Position numbers and translations under genes: made by a program
Shown here: in pieces, positions 1-7,613 of the stretch
Numbering within the stretch: the stretch's first letter is position 1
How the letters are laid out: each line of letters begins with the position of its first letter
The notes under the pieces: model-generated
The model's input: the letters and a program-made list of their open reading frames with translations, nothing else
What the model was told of the DNA's origin: nothing
Databases searched by the model: none
Assembly (NCBI GenBank): GCA_964434085.1
Contig: CAYSTP010000002.1
Coordinates: 1-41,021 of the forward strand
Source: an uncultured Pirellulales bacterium
GTDB lineage: Bacteria; Planctomycetota; Phycisphaerae; Sedimentisphaerales; Anaerobacaceae
Direction: 5' to 3'
Length of the DNA: 41,021 bases

Positions 1-647
1 TAACCATCGCCGAGTACTTCAGAGACAAAGGCAGAGACGTCCTGTTCATGATGGATTCCCTGACACGATTTGCACAAGCGCAGCGTGAAATCGGCCTGGC
101 CGCCGGCGAACCACCCGCAGCCAAAGGATATTGTCCGAGCGTCTTTTCACTGATGCCGCGCCTGATAGAAAGACTCGGCAAAGGTCCTTGTGGAAGTATA
201 ACCGGCATCCTGACCGTGCTGGTCGAAAATGACGACCTGACCGACCCCGTCGCCGACAGTGCCAGAAGTCTGCTCGACGGGCACATCGTCCTTTCCCGCA
301 AACTCGCCGAGAAGGGATACTTTCCCGCCGTTGATATACTGGCAAGCGTCAGCAGATTGATGCCGGCCGTTACAACAGAGCAGCACAAGACCGCAGCGCA
401 AAAGCTGCGCGAAATCTACGCCATATACACCGACGCCGAAGACTTGATTAACATCGGCGCCTTTGCGCATGGAAGCAACCATCGAATCGACGGGGCTATA
501 GCACTTATAGACAAGATAAGAGATTTTCTAATTCAATCTGTAAGGCAAAGAACAGCCTTCGAAGAGACAATAAAGCAAATGACGGCCATTACAGACACCT
601 GGGACCAGTTGCTCAGCACACAAGGTCGGAAAGCTAAAGTCAAATGA
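1..647 (+). CDS. fliI: Flagellar type III export ATPase FliI, C-terminal part (5' end lies outside the window; frame enters at nt 3)
   Basis: Translation from nt 3 reads TIAEYFRDKGRDVLFMMDSLTRFAQAQREIGLAAGEPPAAKGY...GSITGILTVLVENDDLTDPVADSARSLLDGHIVLSRKLA, typical of FliI/T3SS ATPases. It has an ATGA-type overlap with the next ORF. Confidence 0.95.
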   Translation, partial: TIAEYFRDKGRDVLFMMDSLTRFAQAQREIGLAAGEPPAAKGYCPSVFSLMPRLIERLGKGPCGSITGILTVLVENDDLTDPVADSARSLLDGHIVLSRKLAEKGYFPAVDILASVSRLMPAVTTEQHKTAAQKLREIYAIYTDAEDLINIGAFAHGSNHRIDGAIALIDKIRDFLIQSVRQRTAFEETIKQMTAITDTWDQLLSTQGRKAKVK

Positions 648-1096
648 AAAAGTTCGTCTGGCGACTGCAGAAAGTACTCGAGATTAATCAGAAAAGGCAG
701 CAAGCCAAAAAGGCCGAACTGTTCAAAATAACCCAAAAGCTCGCCCTGGCCAGGGCGAACCTGCTTGCACAGCAGAGGATTCTGCTGGACCTGATAGAAA
801 GCGTAGCCAGGCAAATCGCAGCCGAAAGACTGGACCACCAGCAACTGCTGCTCAAAAGTACAAGGAAAAACGATGAGCTGATAAAAAAATACAGGGATGA
901 AATTCGACAGCTCGAACAGGACCAGAAACGCCTAACCGCTGAGTTTCTGAAAATCAAACGATTTACCGAGTCACTTGAAAACCTCAGAGAACAGGACAAA
1001 CGTAAGTTTATCGTTGAACAGGAAAAACTTGAACAAAAGGAGATGGACGAGCACACGTCAATGCGTTTTGCAGGCCGATTGATACACAATACATAA
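644..1096 (+). CDS. fliJ: Flagellar export chaperone/stalk protein FliJ
   Basis: 150-aa, strongly helical, charged coiled-coil ORF. It is translationally coupled to fliI, which is the canonical fliI-fliJ position. The call rests on size, composition and synteny. Confidence 0.7.
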   Translation: MKKFVWRLQKVLEINQKRQQAKKAELFKITQKLALARANLLAQQRILLDLIESVARQIAAERLDHQQLLLKSTRKNDELIKKYRDEIRQLEQDQKRLTAEFLKIKRFTESLENLREQDKRKFIVEQEKLEQKEMDEHTSMRFAGRLIHNT

Positions 1097-1151
1097 GCTC
1101 CGGCCGGAAACGACGAAACGTGCGCCGCCTTCAAAAGTAAGGAGAAATCCG

Positions 1152-1844
1152 GTGAGTAAGAAGGTCATAATCATAACAGCAGCAGCGGGCCTGGTAGGTT
1201 TTGCAGCTACTTTTGGTCTGTCCTTTATGAAAGGCAAAAAAGCTGCCAAAATCGCAGCTGAGCAGCAGGCACAGGCGCAAGCCGCTCAGGCAGCCGCCGA
1301 AACCGAAGACACAAAAATCGCACAAGCTCTCGGCAAAAAGAATACGAACCTGTCACTGACGGAAAAACAGCTCGAAGGGCTTATCTATGATGTTCGAGAC
1401 AAAATACGTGAATACAACAGGAGAATGAATGAGCTCAGCTCCACCGAGGAAAGAGTCAGAATCGCCCAGGCCCAGTTGAAAAAGGATATCGAGGAGCTGA
1501 CGGACCTGCGCACCGAGCTGGCCTCGACCGTCGCAACTCTGAAGCAGGAACACGAGAGATTGCTCAAAACTCGAATTGAAATCAAAAAATCAGAGCAGCA
1601 GAACCTCGCGAGCATAGCAGCCACCTACGACAAAATGAACGCCGGCGGAGCCGCTGAAATATTCACCAACATGAGCAAGCTCGATACGGAGCAATCCAAG
1701 GGACTGACTGATGTGGTTAAAATTCTGTACTACATGAACGACAGAACCAAGGCAAAGATCCTGGCTGAGCTGGTTAATACCGAACCTAAACTGGCGGCGG
1801 TATTAAGTCAGGAGCTCAAAAGAATTAAAGAGGTCGCACAGTAA
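1152..1844 (+). CDS. FlbB/YlxF/MotE-family flagellar protein (N-terminal TM helix, coiled coil, MgtE_N-like C-terminus)
   Basis: GTG start 7 nt after AAGGAG. N-terminal hydrophobic helix IIITAAAGLVGFAATFGLSF. The C-terminus AAEIFTNMSKLDTEQ..VVKILYYMNDRTKAKILAEL resembles the MgtE_N-like domain of proteins that follow fliJ in Bacillus and spirochete operons. Confidence 0.6.
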   Translation: MSKKVIIITAAAGLVGFAATFGLSFMKGKKAAKIAAEQQAQAQAAQAAAETEDTKIAQALGKKNTNLSLTEKQLEGLIYDVRDKIREYNRRMNELSSTEERVRIAQAQLKKDIEELTDLRTELASTVATLKQEHERLLKTRIEIKKSEQQNLASIAATYDKMNAGGAAEIFTNMSKLDTEQSKGLTDVVKILYYMNDRTKAKILAELVNTEPKLAAVLSQELKRIKEVAQ

Positions 1845-1845
1845 G

Positions 1846-2622
1846 ATGGACATTGCAACAATAATCGGAATCCTGCTCGGCTTTTTCGTAATCATACTGG
1901 CAATTGTCGGCGGCTCCGGCGGCAGTTGGCAGATTTTTGTCAACCTGCCCTCGCTGGCCATCACCATCGGAGGGATGCTCTGCGCAACACTGATTCATTT
2001 TTCGCTTCCGCAGTTCCTCGGAATATTTGCCGTCATCAAAAAGACTATTGTCAGCAAAATTGCACCGTCGTCGCAACTGATTCAGAACATGGTGAACTTC
2101 GCAGCTATCAATCGCCGTGACGGGGCCCTCGCTCTGGAGCAGGAAATCTCAAAACTGCATGACCCGTTCTTTGTTAAGGGTCTGCAGATGCTCGTTGACG
2201 GCCAGAACGACGAGGCCATTCGTAACATCCTGAGCCTCGAAATTGATAACCTCAAAACGCGGCACTCGACAGGGAAAAAGATTCTCGAGTTCATGGGCGC
2301 CGCCGCGCCTGCCTTCGGTATGATTGGCACTCTCATCGGACTGGTTCAGATGCTGACAAATCTGTCATCGCCGGACCAGATTGGCGGGGGCATGGCAACG
2401 GCACTTCTTACAACCTTTTACGGCGCCTTCGCCGCGAACCTCGTCTTCCTGCCGCTGGCGGGCAAGCTGGGTATATATTCCCAGGCCGAGAGCACCAGCA
2501 AGGAGATGATAGTCGAAGGAATCTGCGCAATTGCCCAGGGCGAAAACCCAACGGCCGTCAGAGAAAAAATGCATGCCTTCGTCTCACAAAGCAGACGAGA
2601 AGAAGTAAAGGCTAATGTTTAA
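1846..2622 (+). CDS. motA: Flagellar stator protein MotA/PomA
   Basis: 258 aa with four predicted TM helices. Contains the MotA/TolQ/ExbB channel signature ...AAPAFGMIGTLIGLVQML...ALLTTFYGAFAANLVFLPLAGKL. Confidence 0.9.
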   Translation: MDIATIIGILLGFFVIILAIVGGSGGSWQIFVNLPSLAITIGGMLCATLIHFSLPQFLGIFAVIKKTIVSKIAPSSQLIQNMVNFAAINRRDGALALEQEISKLHDPFFVKGLQMLVDGQNDEAIRNILSLEIDNLKTRHSTGKKILEFMGAAAPAFGMIGTLIGLVQMLTNLSSPDQIGGGMATALLTTFYGAFAANLVFLPLAGKLGIYSQAESTSKEMIVEGICAIAQGENPTAVREKMHAFVSQSRREEVKANV

Positions 2623-3314
2623 TGGCACGAGAAAGACCACCTGCCCCACAGGACGAAGACCCTGGCGCACCGGAATGGATGGTAACATTCAGCGACTGTA
2701 TGACGCTGCTGCTGACATTCTTTGTACTGCTGTTGACCTTCTCCAGCTTCGATGAAAGAGTCTTCAAAAAATTACGCGCCATATACTGCGACGCCTTTCC
2801 AACGATTCACTCAAGAGTTCGTGCAAGCAAGGAATCACTGCTCGAAATCGAACAGCTTCGCTACCTCGAGGATATCGACAAGGGCAGTGAAAAAGCCACC
2901 TATGAACTCGGCTCCGAAGGAGTTCTGCATGAGCAGCACACAAACGACTATAAAAAGCACAAGGTCTTTCTGATAAGGTCGGACGAAGTCTTTTGGGGAA
3001 AGGGCACGGCGATGTCACAACAGGGCCGTGAAACACTTTCGACATTGGCCCGGTTTCTCAAAGACATGCCCGAAAACGTGGTAGTCAGCGAGAATAGCCC
3101 ACAGCGAAACGACCCCGAACTAAGTATGGCTCGCGCCTGGGCGGTAATCGAACATCTGACAAGTCAGCATGGTTTGGATATAGACCGCTTCAATGTTTCG
3201 GCAGGGTCCACCATAGGGCAAACGGGCTTCGAATTATTCAGCCTGACCGAACAAGACAACCAGCCACGGCGGTTGCTTGAAATAGTACTCTTGCAGCGGA
3301 GCCTGTGTAATTGA
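2622..3314 (+). CDS. motB: Flagellar stator protein MotB, paralog 1 (OmpA-like C-terminus)
   Basis: Its ATG overlaps the motA stop. PEWMVTFSDCMTLLLTFFVLLL matches the MotB TM helix with the conserved proton-relay Asp. C-terminal LSMARAWAVIEHL...RRLLEIVLL is OmpA-like. Confidence 0.8.
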   Translation: MARERPPAPQDEDPGAPEWMVTFSDCMTLLLTFFVLLLTFSSFDERVFKKLRAIYCDAFPTIHSRVRASKESLLEIEQLRYLEDIDKGSEKATYELGSEGVLHEQHTNDYKKHKVFLIRSDEVFWGKGTAMSQQGRETLSTLARFLKDMPENVVVSENSPQRNDPELSMARAWAVIEHLTSQHGLDIDRFNVSAGSTIGQTGFELFSLTEQDNQPRRLLEIVLLQRSLCN

Positions 3315-4039
3315 GAAGAAAAAGACGCTCACAATCCGGCCAAGGCGGCCCGAAGGTGCCCGGCTACATCGTAACTTTCAGCGACATGGTTACACTGTTG
3401 CTGACCTTCTTCGTAATGCTTCTGAGCCTGGCCACCACACAGGACCCCGAGATGTTCAATTCCGGAAGAGACTCCTTTGTAAAATCGCTCAAGGGACTCG
3501 GACTCGGCATGCTTATCGGCAAGGACCAGACCATTAACTTTACAAATCCCAAGATAAAATATCCGATTCAAGACCCTGAGGACACCCGGAACAAACGGAC
3601 CATAGACGCCAAGGAAGAAAGAACACGCCGCTTATTCAATCAGCTTCGCAACTCGGCAAAAACGATGCCCAGTCAGATACCGGGCCAGCGATACGATTTT
3701 CCCGTGACCGGTGTGCGATTCGCCACCGCAAGCACTGAATTGGACACCGCTGCAAAGCAGTCGCTTAGTGAGTTATGTAAAAAGCTCTACCGCGACCTGG
3801 AACCCAAACCGGCGCAGCTCTACGTGCTGGGACTGACCGAGGAAGGCTCCGACGACAGAGAGCAATGGACGCTCTCGGCGCTGCGGGCAAAGACCGTCGC
3901 CGATTTTGTTGCCGAAACCTTCCCCGAACAGAACCGCCCCGCCGTTTACTCCTGGGGCACGGGACCGGGCCGAATGTGGAGCGGTGATAACAGTGCTATC
4001 CCGAAGGGCTGCCAAATCGTTATCGCCGTCCTCAGGTAA
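3311..4039 (+). CDS. motB: Flagellar stator protein MotB, paralog 2 (OmpA-like C-terminus, divergent)
   Basis: TTG start overlaps the stop of paralog 1, with GGAG 9 nt upstream. PGYIVTFSDMVTLLLTFFVMLLSL repeats the MotB TM/Asp motif. C-terminal TLSALRAKTVADFV is an OmpA-like remnant. Confidence 0.75.
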   Translation: MRRKRRSQSGQGGPKVPGYIVTFSDMVTLLLTFFVMLLSLATTQDPEMFNSGRDSFVKSLKGLGLGMLIGKDQTINFTNPKIKYPIQDPEDTRNKRTIDAKEERTRRLFNQLRNSAKTMPSQIPGQRYDFPVTGVRFATASTELDTAAKQSLSELCKKLYRDLEPKPAQLYVLGLTEEGSDDREQWTLSALRAKTVADFVAETFPEQNRPAVYSWGTGPGRMWSGDNSAIPKGCQIVIAVLR

Positions 4040-4148
4040 AACATCTCCAGCCAATACCGTATAAATTCTCTACAACAGCAGCTTTTACCTAATCCGGCTC
4101 AGTCAAAAAACCGCCTTTTTCGGCTCAAAAACCACTATCAGCCGATTC

Positions 4149-4164
4149 GGGCACGTCTTTTGCA
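4149..4164 (+). promoter_or_regulatory. Sigma-54 (-24/-12) promoter upstream of fliO
   Basis: GGGCAC-GTCTT-TTGCA compared with the consensus TGGCAC-N5-TTGCW. The GG/GC spacing is correct. It lies 34 nt upstream of the fliO GTG, in a 158-nt intergenic gap. Confidence 0.6.
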
Positions 4165-4197
4165 CTATTTAATAAAAAATGAAGGTGCGCACGTAAC

Positions 4198-4665
4198 GTG
4201 ACTGCAAAGACAGTAAAAATCGTTGCCTTTTCCCTGGCAGCCCTGCCCCTGTTTTGGCAGGGTATTGTTGCGCCTGCCGCCGCAGCGCCGAACGAGCCTC
4301 TGCGTCCAGCCGCTACACTGCCGGACTCCATATTCGCACGCGACCCCAACTTTGCCGTTGGGGCAGACCGGCAGTTCGACACAGGCGGAATATACTGGAG
4401 GATGATGCTGGCCATCCTGCTCGTATTGGCCCTGGGTATCGCTGCATACTACGTCTCTAAAAAAGTCAGCGGCAAAATTGTCAATCTGCCAAACCGGCAG
4501 ATTAAGCTCGTTGAATCTCTCTACTTAGGCTCGAGAAAAGCGCTGCATCTGATAAAGGTCGGCGATAGAAGTATCATCGTTGGAACCACGCCGACCGCTA
4601 TTACCAGAATCGCCGACCTCGGCCAAAACGTTGGCGGCTCATCCGCGGCGGATGAGCCAAAATAG
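4198..4665 (+). CDS. fliO: Flagellar biosynthesis protein FliO
   Basis: Small protein with one central TM helix (MMLAILLVLALGIAAYYV) followed by LVESLYLGSRKALHLIKVGDRSIIVGTT, typical of FliO. It lies immediately upstream of fliP. The start (GTG 4198) is uncertain. Confidence 0.6.
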   Translation: MTAKTVKIVAFSLAALPLFWQGIVAPAAAAPNEPLRPAATLPDSIFARDPNFAVGADRQFDTGGIYWRMMLAILLVLALGIAAYYVSKKVSGKIVNLPNRQIKLVESLYLGSRKALHLIKVGDRSIIVGTTPTAITRIADLGQNVGGSSAADEPK

Positions 4666-4672
4666 TTGCTCT

Positions 4673-5470
4673 ATGTCACTCGGACGCTTCAAAATAATAC
4701 TGTGCACGATGGTTCTGCTGCTTACGGGGTTATCCCGGGCGGCGGAAAATACTCCCGCTTCAACAGCAGCAAACCAGATGCCGAGCATGTCCGATTTGAT
4801 GACGCTTATCGACAAGACAGCTACCACCGAAACCGAAGGCAAAGACTGGTCAACACCTGTCAAACTCGTAATCATCTTCGCAGGATTAGCGATACTTCCA
4901 AGCCTTCTGGTTATGATGACCTCCTTTACTCGGATAATCATCGTCCTTGGTTTCATCCGCAGGGCCTTGACTACACAAACCATACCACCGAATATCGCTA
5001 TCGTCGGACTGGCGCTGTTTTTGACGCTCTTTACAATGGCGCCTACCTTTTCAAAGATAAACACAGATGCAATTCAACCGTACATAAACGACCAGATTGA
5101 TTTCGGTACCGCGGCAAGCACGGCCTCTAACCATATCAGAGAATTCATGCTGAGGCAAACCAGAGAGGCCGACCTCGCCCTTTTCGTCAGGATTTCCAAC
5201 ATTCAGCCGCCGCAAACTATGACCGACATACCGCTGCACATCGTGGTGCCGGCCTTTATCATAAGTGAATTCAGGACGGCCTTTGAAATCGGCTGTCTGT
5301 TGTTTATTCCGTTTTTGCTGCTGGATATGGTCATTGCTGGTGTGCTTCTCAGTGCCGGTATGATGATGCTTCCTCCGATGATGGTTTCACTGCCCCTGAA
5401 GCTCATCCTGTTTATTCTGGTTGACGGCTGGGGCCTGCTTGCCAAAAGCCTGAGCCTTAGTTTCCATTAG
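4673..5470 (+). CDS. fliP: Flagellar export gate protein FliP
   Basis: FTRIIIVLGFIRRALTTQTIPPNIAIVGLALFLTLFTMAPT and the C-terminal PFLLLDMVIAGVLLSAGMMMLPP are FliP hallmarks. I placed the start at ATG 4673, which yields a signal peptide MSLGRFKIILCTMVLLLTGLSRA. The longest ORF (4580) would overlap fliO by 86 nt. Confidence 0.93.
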   Translation: MSLGRFKIILCTMVLLLTGLSRAAENTPASTAANQMPSMSDLMTLIDKTATTETEGKDWSTPVKLVIIFAGLAILPSLLVMMTSFTRIIIVLGFIRRALTTQTIPPNIAIVGLALFLTLFTMAPTFSKINTDAIQPYINDQIDFGTAASTASNHIREFMLRQTREADLALFVRISNIQPPQTMTDIPLHIVVPAFIISEFRTAFEIGCLLFIPFLLLDMVIAGVLLSAGMMMLPPMMVSLPLKLILFILVDGWGLLAKSLSLSFH

Positions 5471-5490
5471 ACCCTTTCGGGAAAAACGAT

Positions 5491-5760
5491 ATGGACAGCA
5501 ATTACGCCCTGTACCTCGGCCGCCAAACCCTCGAGACCGCCCTTATTGTTTCAACCCCGATACTTCTTACCTGTATGATAGTCGGCCTGGTTATTACACT
5601 CATTCAGGCGGTAACGTCCATACGCGATATGAGTCTGACCATAGTCCCGAAACTGCTCGCCGTAGGCGCGGTATTACTGATGCTCGGCGGATGGATGCTT
5701 GACGTTATCCTGAGATTTACAGCCGAGGTCTTCAGCCAGATTGAACACGTCGGGCAATAA
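5491..5760 (+). CDS. fliQ: Flagellar export gate protein FliQ
   Basis: 89-aa two-TM protein, ...PILLTCMIVGLVITLIQAVTSIRDMSLTIVPKLLAV, in the fliP-fliQ-fliR order. Confidence 0.9.
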   Translation: MDSNYALYLGRQTLETALIVSTPILLTCMIVGLVITLIQAVTSIRDMSLTIVPKLLAVGAVLLMLGGWMLDVILRFTAEVFSQIEHVGQ

Positions 5761-5762
5761 AC

Positions 5763-6515
5763 ATGGACCCCATAGCCGAAAAACTGCTCTCCTTTGCAAT
5801 GGTACTGACAAGGGTATCGGCTTTGGTCCTGGTCGTACCGGTATTCAGCTGGCAAAGTATTTCCGTTCGTATCAAGGCCGCCACCACTCTGCTTCTGACC
5901 ATTTTCTTTTTTATGGTAAAGGCTCCTCAGGTCAGTGTCGCTTCAGATTCGGCTCTGCGGGTCATATTGATTCTGGCTATAGAGGCTACGTACGGCCTGG
6001 CCCTGGGGCTGATTCTCGCCCTTGTTTTTGGGGCGGTAGGCCTGTACGGCAGAATCGTAGAAAGACAGATGGGCCTTGCACTGGCCGAGGTAATCGACCC
6101 GATGACCGGCGAAAGAGCACAGCCGCTCAGTATGCTGCTTGAGATGCTGTTCATAATCATGTTTCTCGCCGCCAACGGCCATCACTTATTCGTGCTGACA
6201 ATTTCGCGAAGTTACGATGTGTTCACCGCCGGAACAGTGCCCAGCATCTCCATCCTGACCGCAGGCGTAATGGAGGCCGGCTCGACAATGCTCATCGCCG
6301 CTCTTAGATTGGCCGCCCCGCTGCTCGCCGCGTTTCTGTTGCTGCTGGTTGCTCTTGGAGTTTTGGCAAGAGTTGCGCCGGAAATGAATATCCTGTTTAT
6401 CTCTCTGCCCATGCGGGTCGGCCTGGGACTTATCATGGTGATGGTTTTCATTCCGTTTATCGATGGCTTCGTCTCGGAATTTGCCGAGTGGATGAATAAG
6501 CTCCTGCCGTTGTAA
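5763..6515 (+). CDS. fliR: Flagellar export gate protein FliR
   Basis: 250-aa polytopic membrane protein following fliQ. Contains GLALGLILALVFGAVGLYGRIVERQMGLALAEVIDP, typical of FliR. Confidence 0.9.
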   Translation: MDPIAEKLLSFAMVLTRVSALVLVVPVFSWQSISVRIKAATTLLLTIFFFMVKAPQVSVASDSALRVILILAIEATYGLALGLILALVFGAVGLYGRIVERQMGLALAEVIDPMTGERAQPLSMLLEMLFIIMFLAANGHHLFVLTISRSYDVFTAGTVPSISILTAGVMEAGSTMLIAALRLAAPLLAAFLLLLVALGVLARVAPEMNILFISLPMRVGLGLIMVMVFIPFIDGFVSEFAEWMNKLLPL

Positions 6516-6541
6516 ATTTGTACTGAGCGTTATGAAAGAAA

Positions 6542-7606
6542 ATGCCTGAAACCGCAGCCGACAAGACAGAACAGCCGACACCGCGGCGAATCCGAAAGGC
6601 CCGTGAGCAGGGCCAGGTCCCGCAGAGCATGGAGTTCAGCTCCGTCGTCACTCTCGTCGTGATGGTGGCCGCCGTTGCCCTGCTGGGACCGCATCTTCTT
6701 AACTGGACCACCAGTGAGCTGCGACAGGGATTTTCCGCCAATAATGATGTCTTTGCCAGCACACAATCATTTATGAGTTTTGTAAGTACAAAGCTTACCG
6801 GTGCACTGTGGGTAACGGCCCCAATCCTTGCCGCACTGGTTGTGGCAGGTATAGCAGGCAATGTTTTTGTCTCAGGACCTAACTTCAGCGCAAAGGCCGT
6901 TCAATTCAAACTCAATGCGATTAATCCCGTCGCCGGATTCGGCAGACTCTTCAACGTAAAATCACTCGTCAAGCTCATCTGCTCAATATGCAAGATTATC
7001 TTTATCGGCCTCGTCGTCTGGTTCTACGTGCAAAGCAGGATAGAGGCTCTGGCAACTTTGCGCTGGGCCTGGTCAACGCAAATCTTAGTCGCAATGGCGC
7101 AACTGATTTTGGGAATGATGATCCGAGTCTGCATCGCACTGCTGGTCGTTGCGATGGCGGACCTTGCCTGGCAAAAATGGAAATACCTCCAGGACCTCAA
7201 GATGACCAAACAGGAGGTCAAAGACGAACGCAAGGAAACTGAGGGTGCTCCTGAGGTAAAGTCCCGAATACGCAGAATTCAATATGAAACCGCCCTGAAG
7301 CGAATCGTGCAGGAAGTGCCAAAAGCAAGCGTCGTGCTTGTTAACCCGACTCATTATGCCGTAGCCATCCGCTACGACGCCAAGACAATGGACTGCCCCG
7401 TACTCCTGGCCAAAGGCGTTGACTACATGGCCGAAAAAATCCGCGAGGTGGCCCGAGCCTACGGTGTGCCTATACTGCGAAGGCCCGAGCTGACCAGGAC
7501 CATTTACAATACTCTCAAACCTGGTCAGCCCATACCGCAGGAGCTTTACGTCGCCGTCGCCGAAGTGCTCGCCTTGATTTACAGACTCAAACGAAACAGA
7601 GCTTAA
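6542..7606 (+). CDS. flhB: Flagellar export switch protein FlhB
   Basis: N-terminal DKTEQPTPRRIRKAREQGQVPQS, four TM helices, and the NPTH autocleavage site (VLVNPTHYAVAIRY). Confidence 0.95.
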   Translation: MPETAADKTEQPTPRRIRKAREQGQVPQSMEFSSVVTLVVMVAAVALLGPHLLNWTTSELRQGFSANNDVFASTQSFMSFVSTKLTGALWVTAPILAALVVAGIAGNVFVSGPNFSAKAVQFKLNAINPVAGFGRLFNVKSLVKLICSICKIIFIGLVVWFYVQSRIEALATLRWAWSTQILVAMAQLILGMMIRVCIALLVVAMADLAWQKWKYLQDLKMTKQEVKDERKETEGAPEVKSRIRRIQYETALKRIVQEVPKASVVLVNPTHYAVAIRYDAKTMDCPVLLAKGVDYMAEKIREVARAYGVPILRRPELTRTIYNTLKPGQPIPQELYVAVAEVLALIYRLKRNRA

Positions 7607-7613
7607 AAAGCAA

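Noticed and set aside
4141-4148. GCCGATTC resembling a sigma-28 -10 box (GCCGATAA) upstream of fliO
   Set aside because: No acceptable TAAA-type -35 element lies at the required spacing; GGCTCAAA sits where TAAAGTTT is expected. The site directly abuts a much better sigma-54 -24/-12 element.
4580-4672. Upstream extension of fliP overlapping fliO by 86 nt
   Set aside because: The extension (MEPRRPLLPESPTSAKTLAAHPRR...) is not FliP-like. ATG 4673 gives a canonical signal peptide right after the fliO stop.
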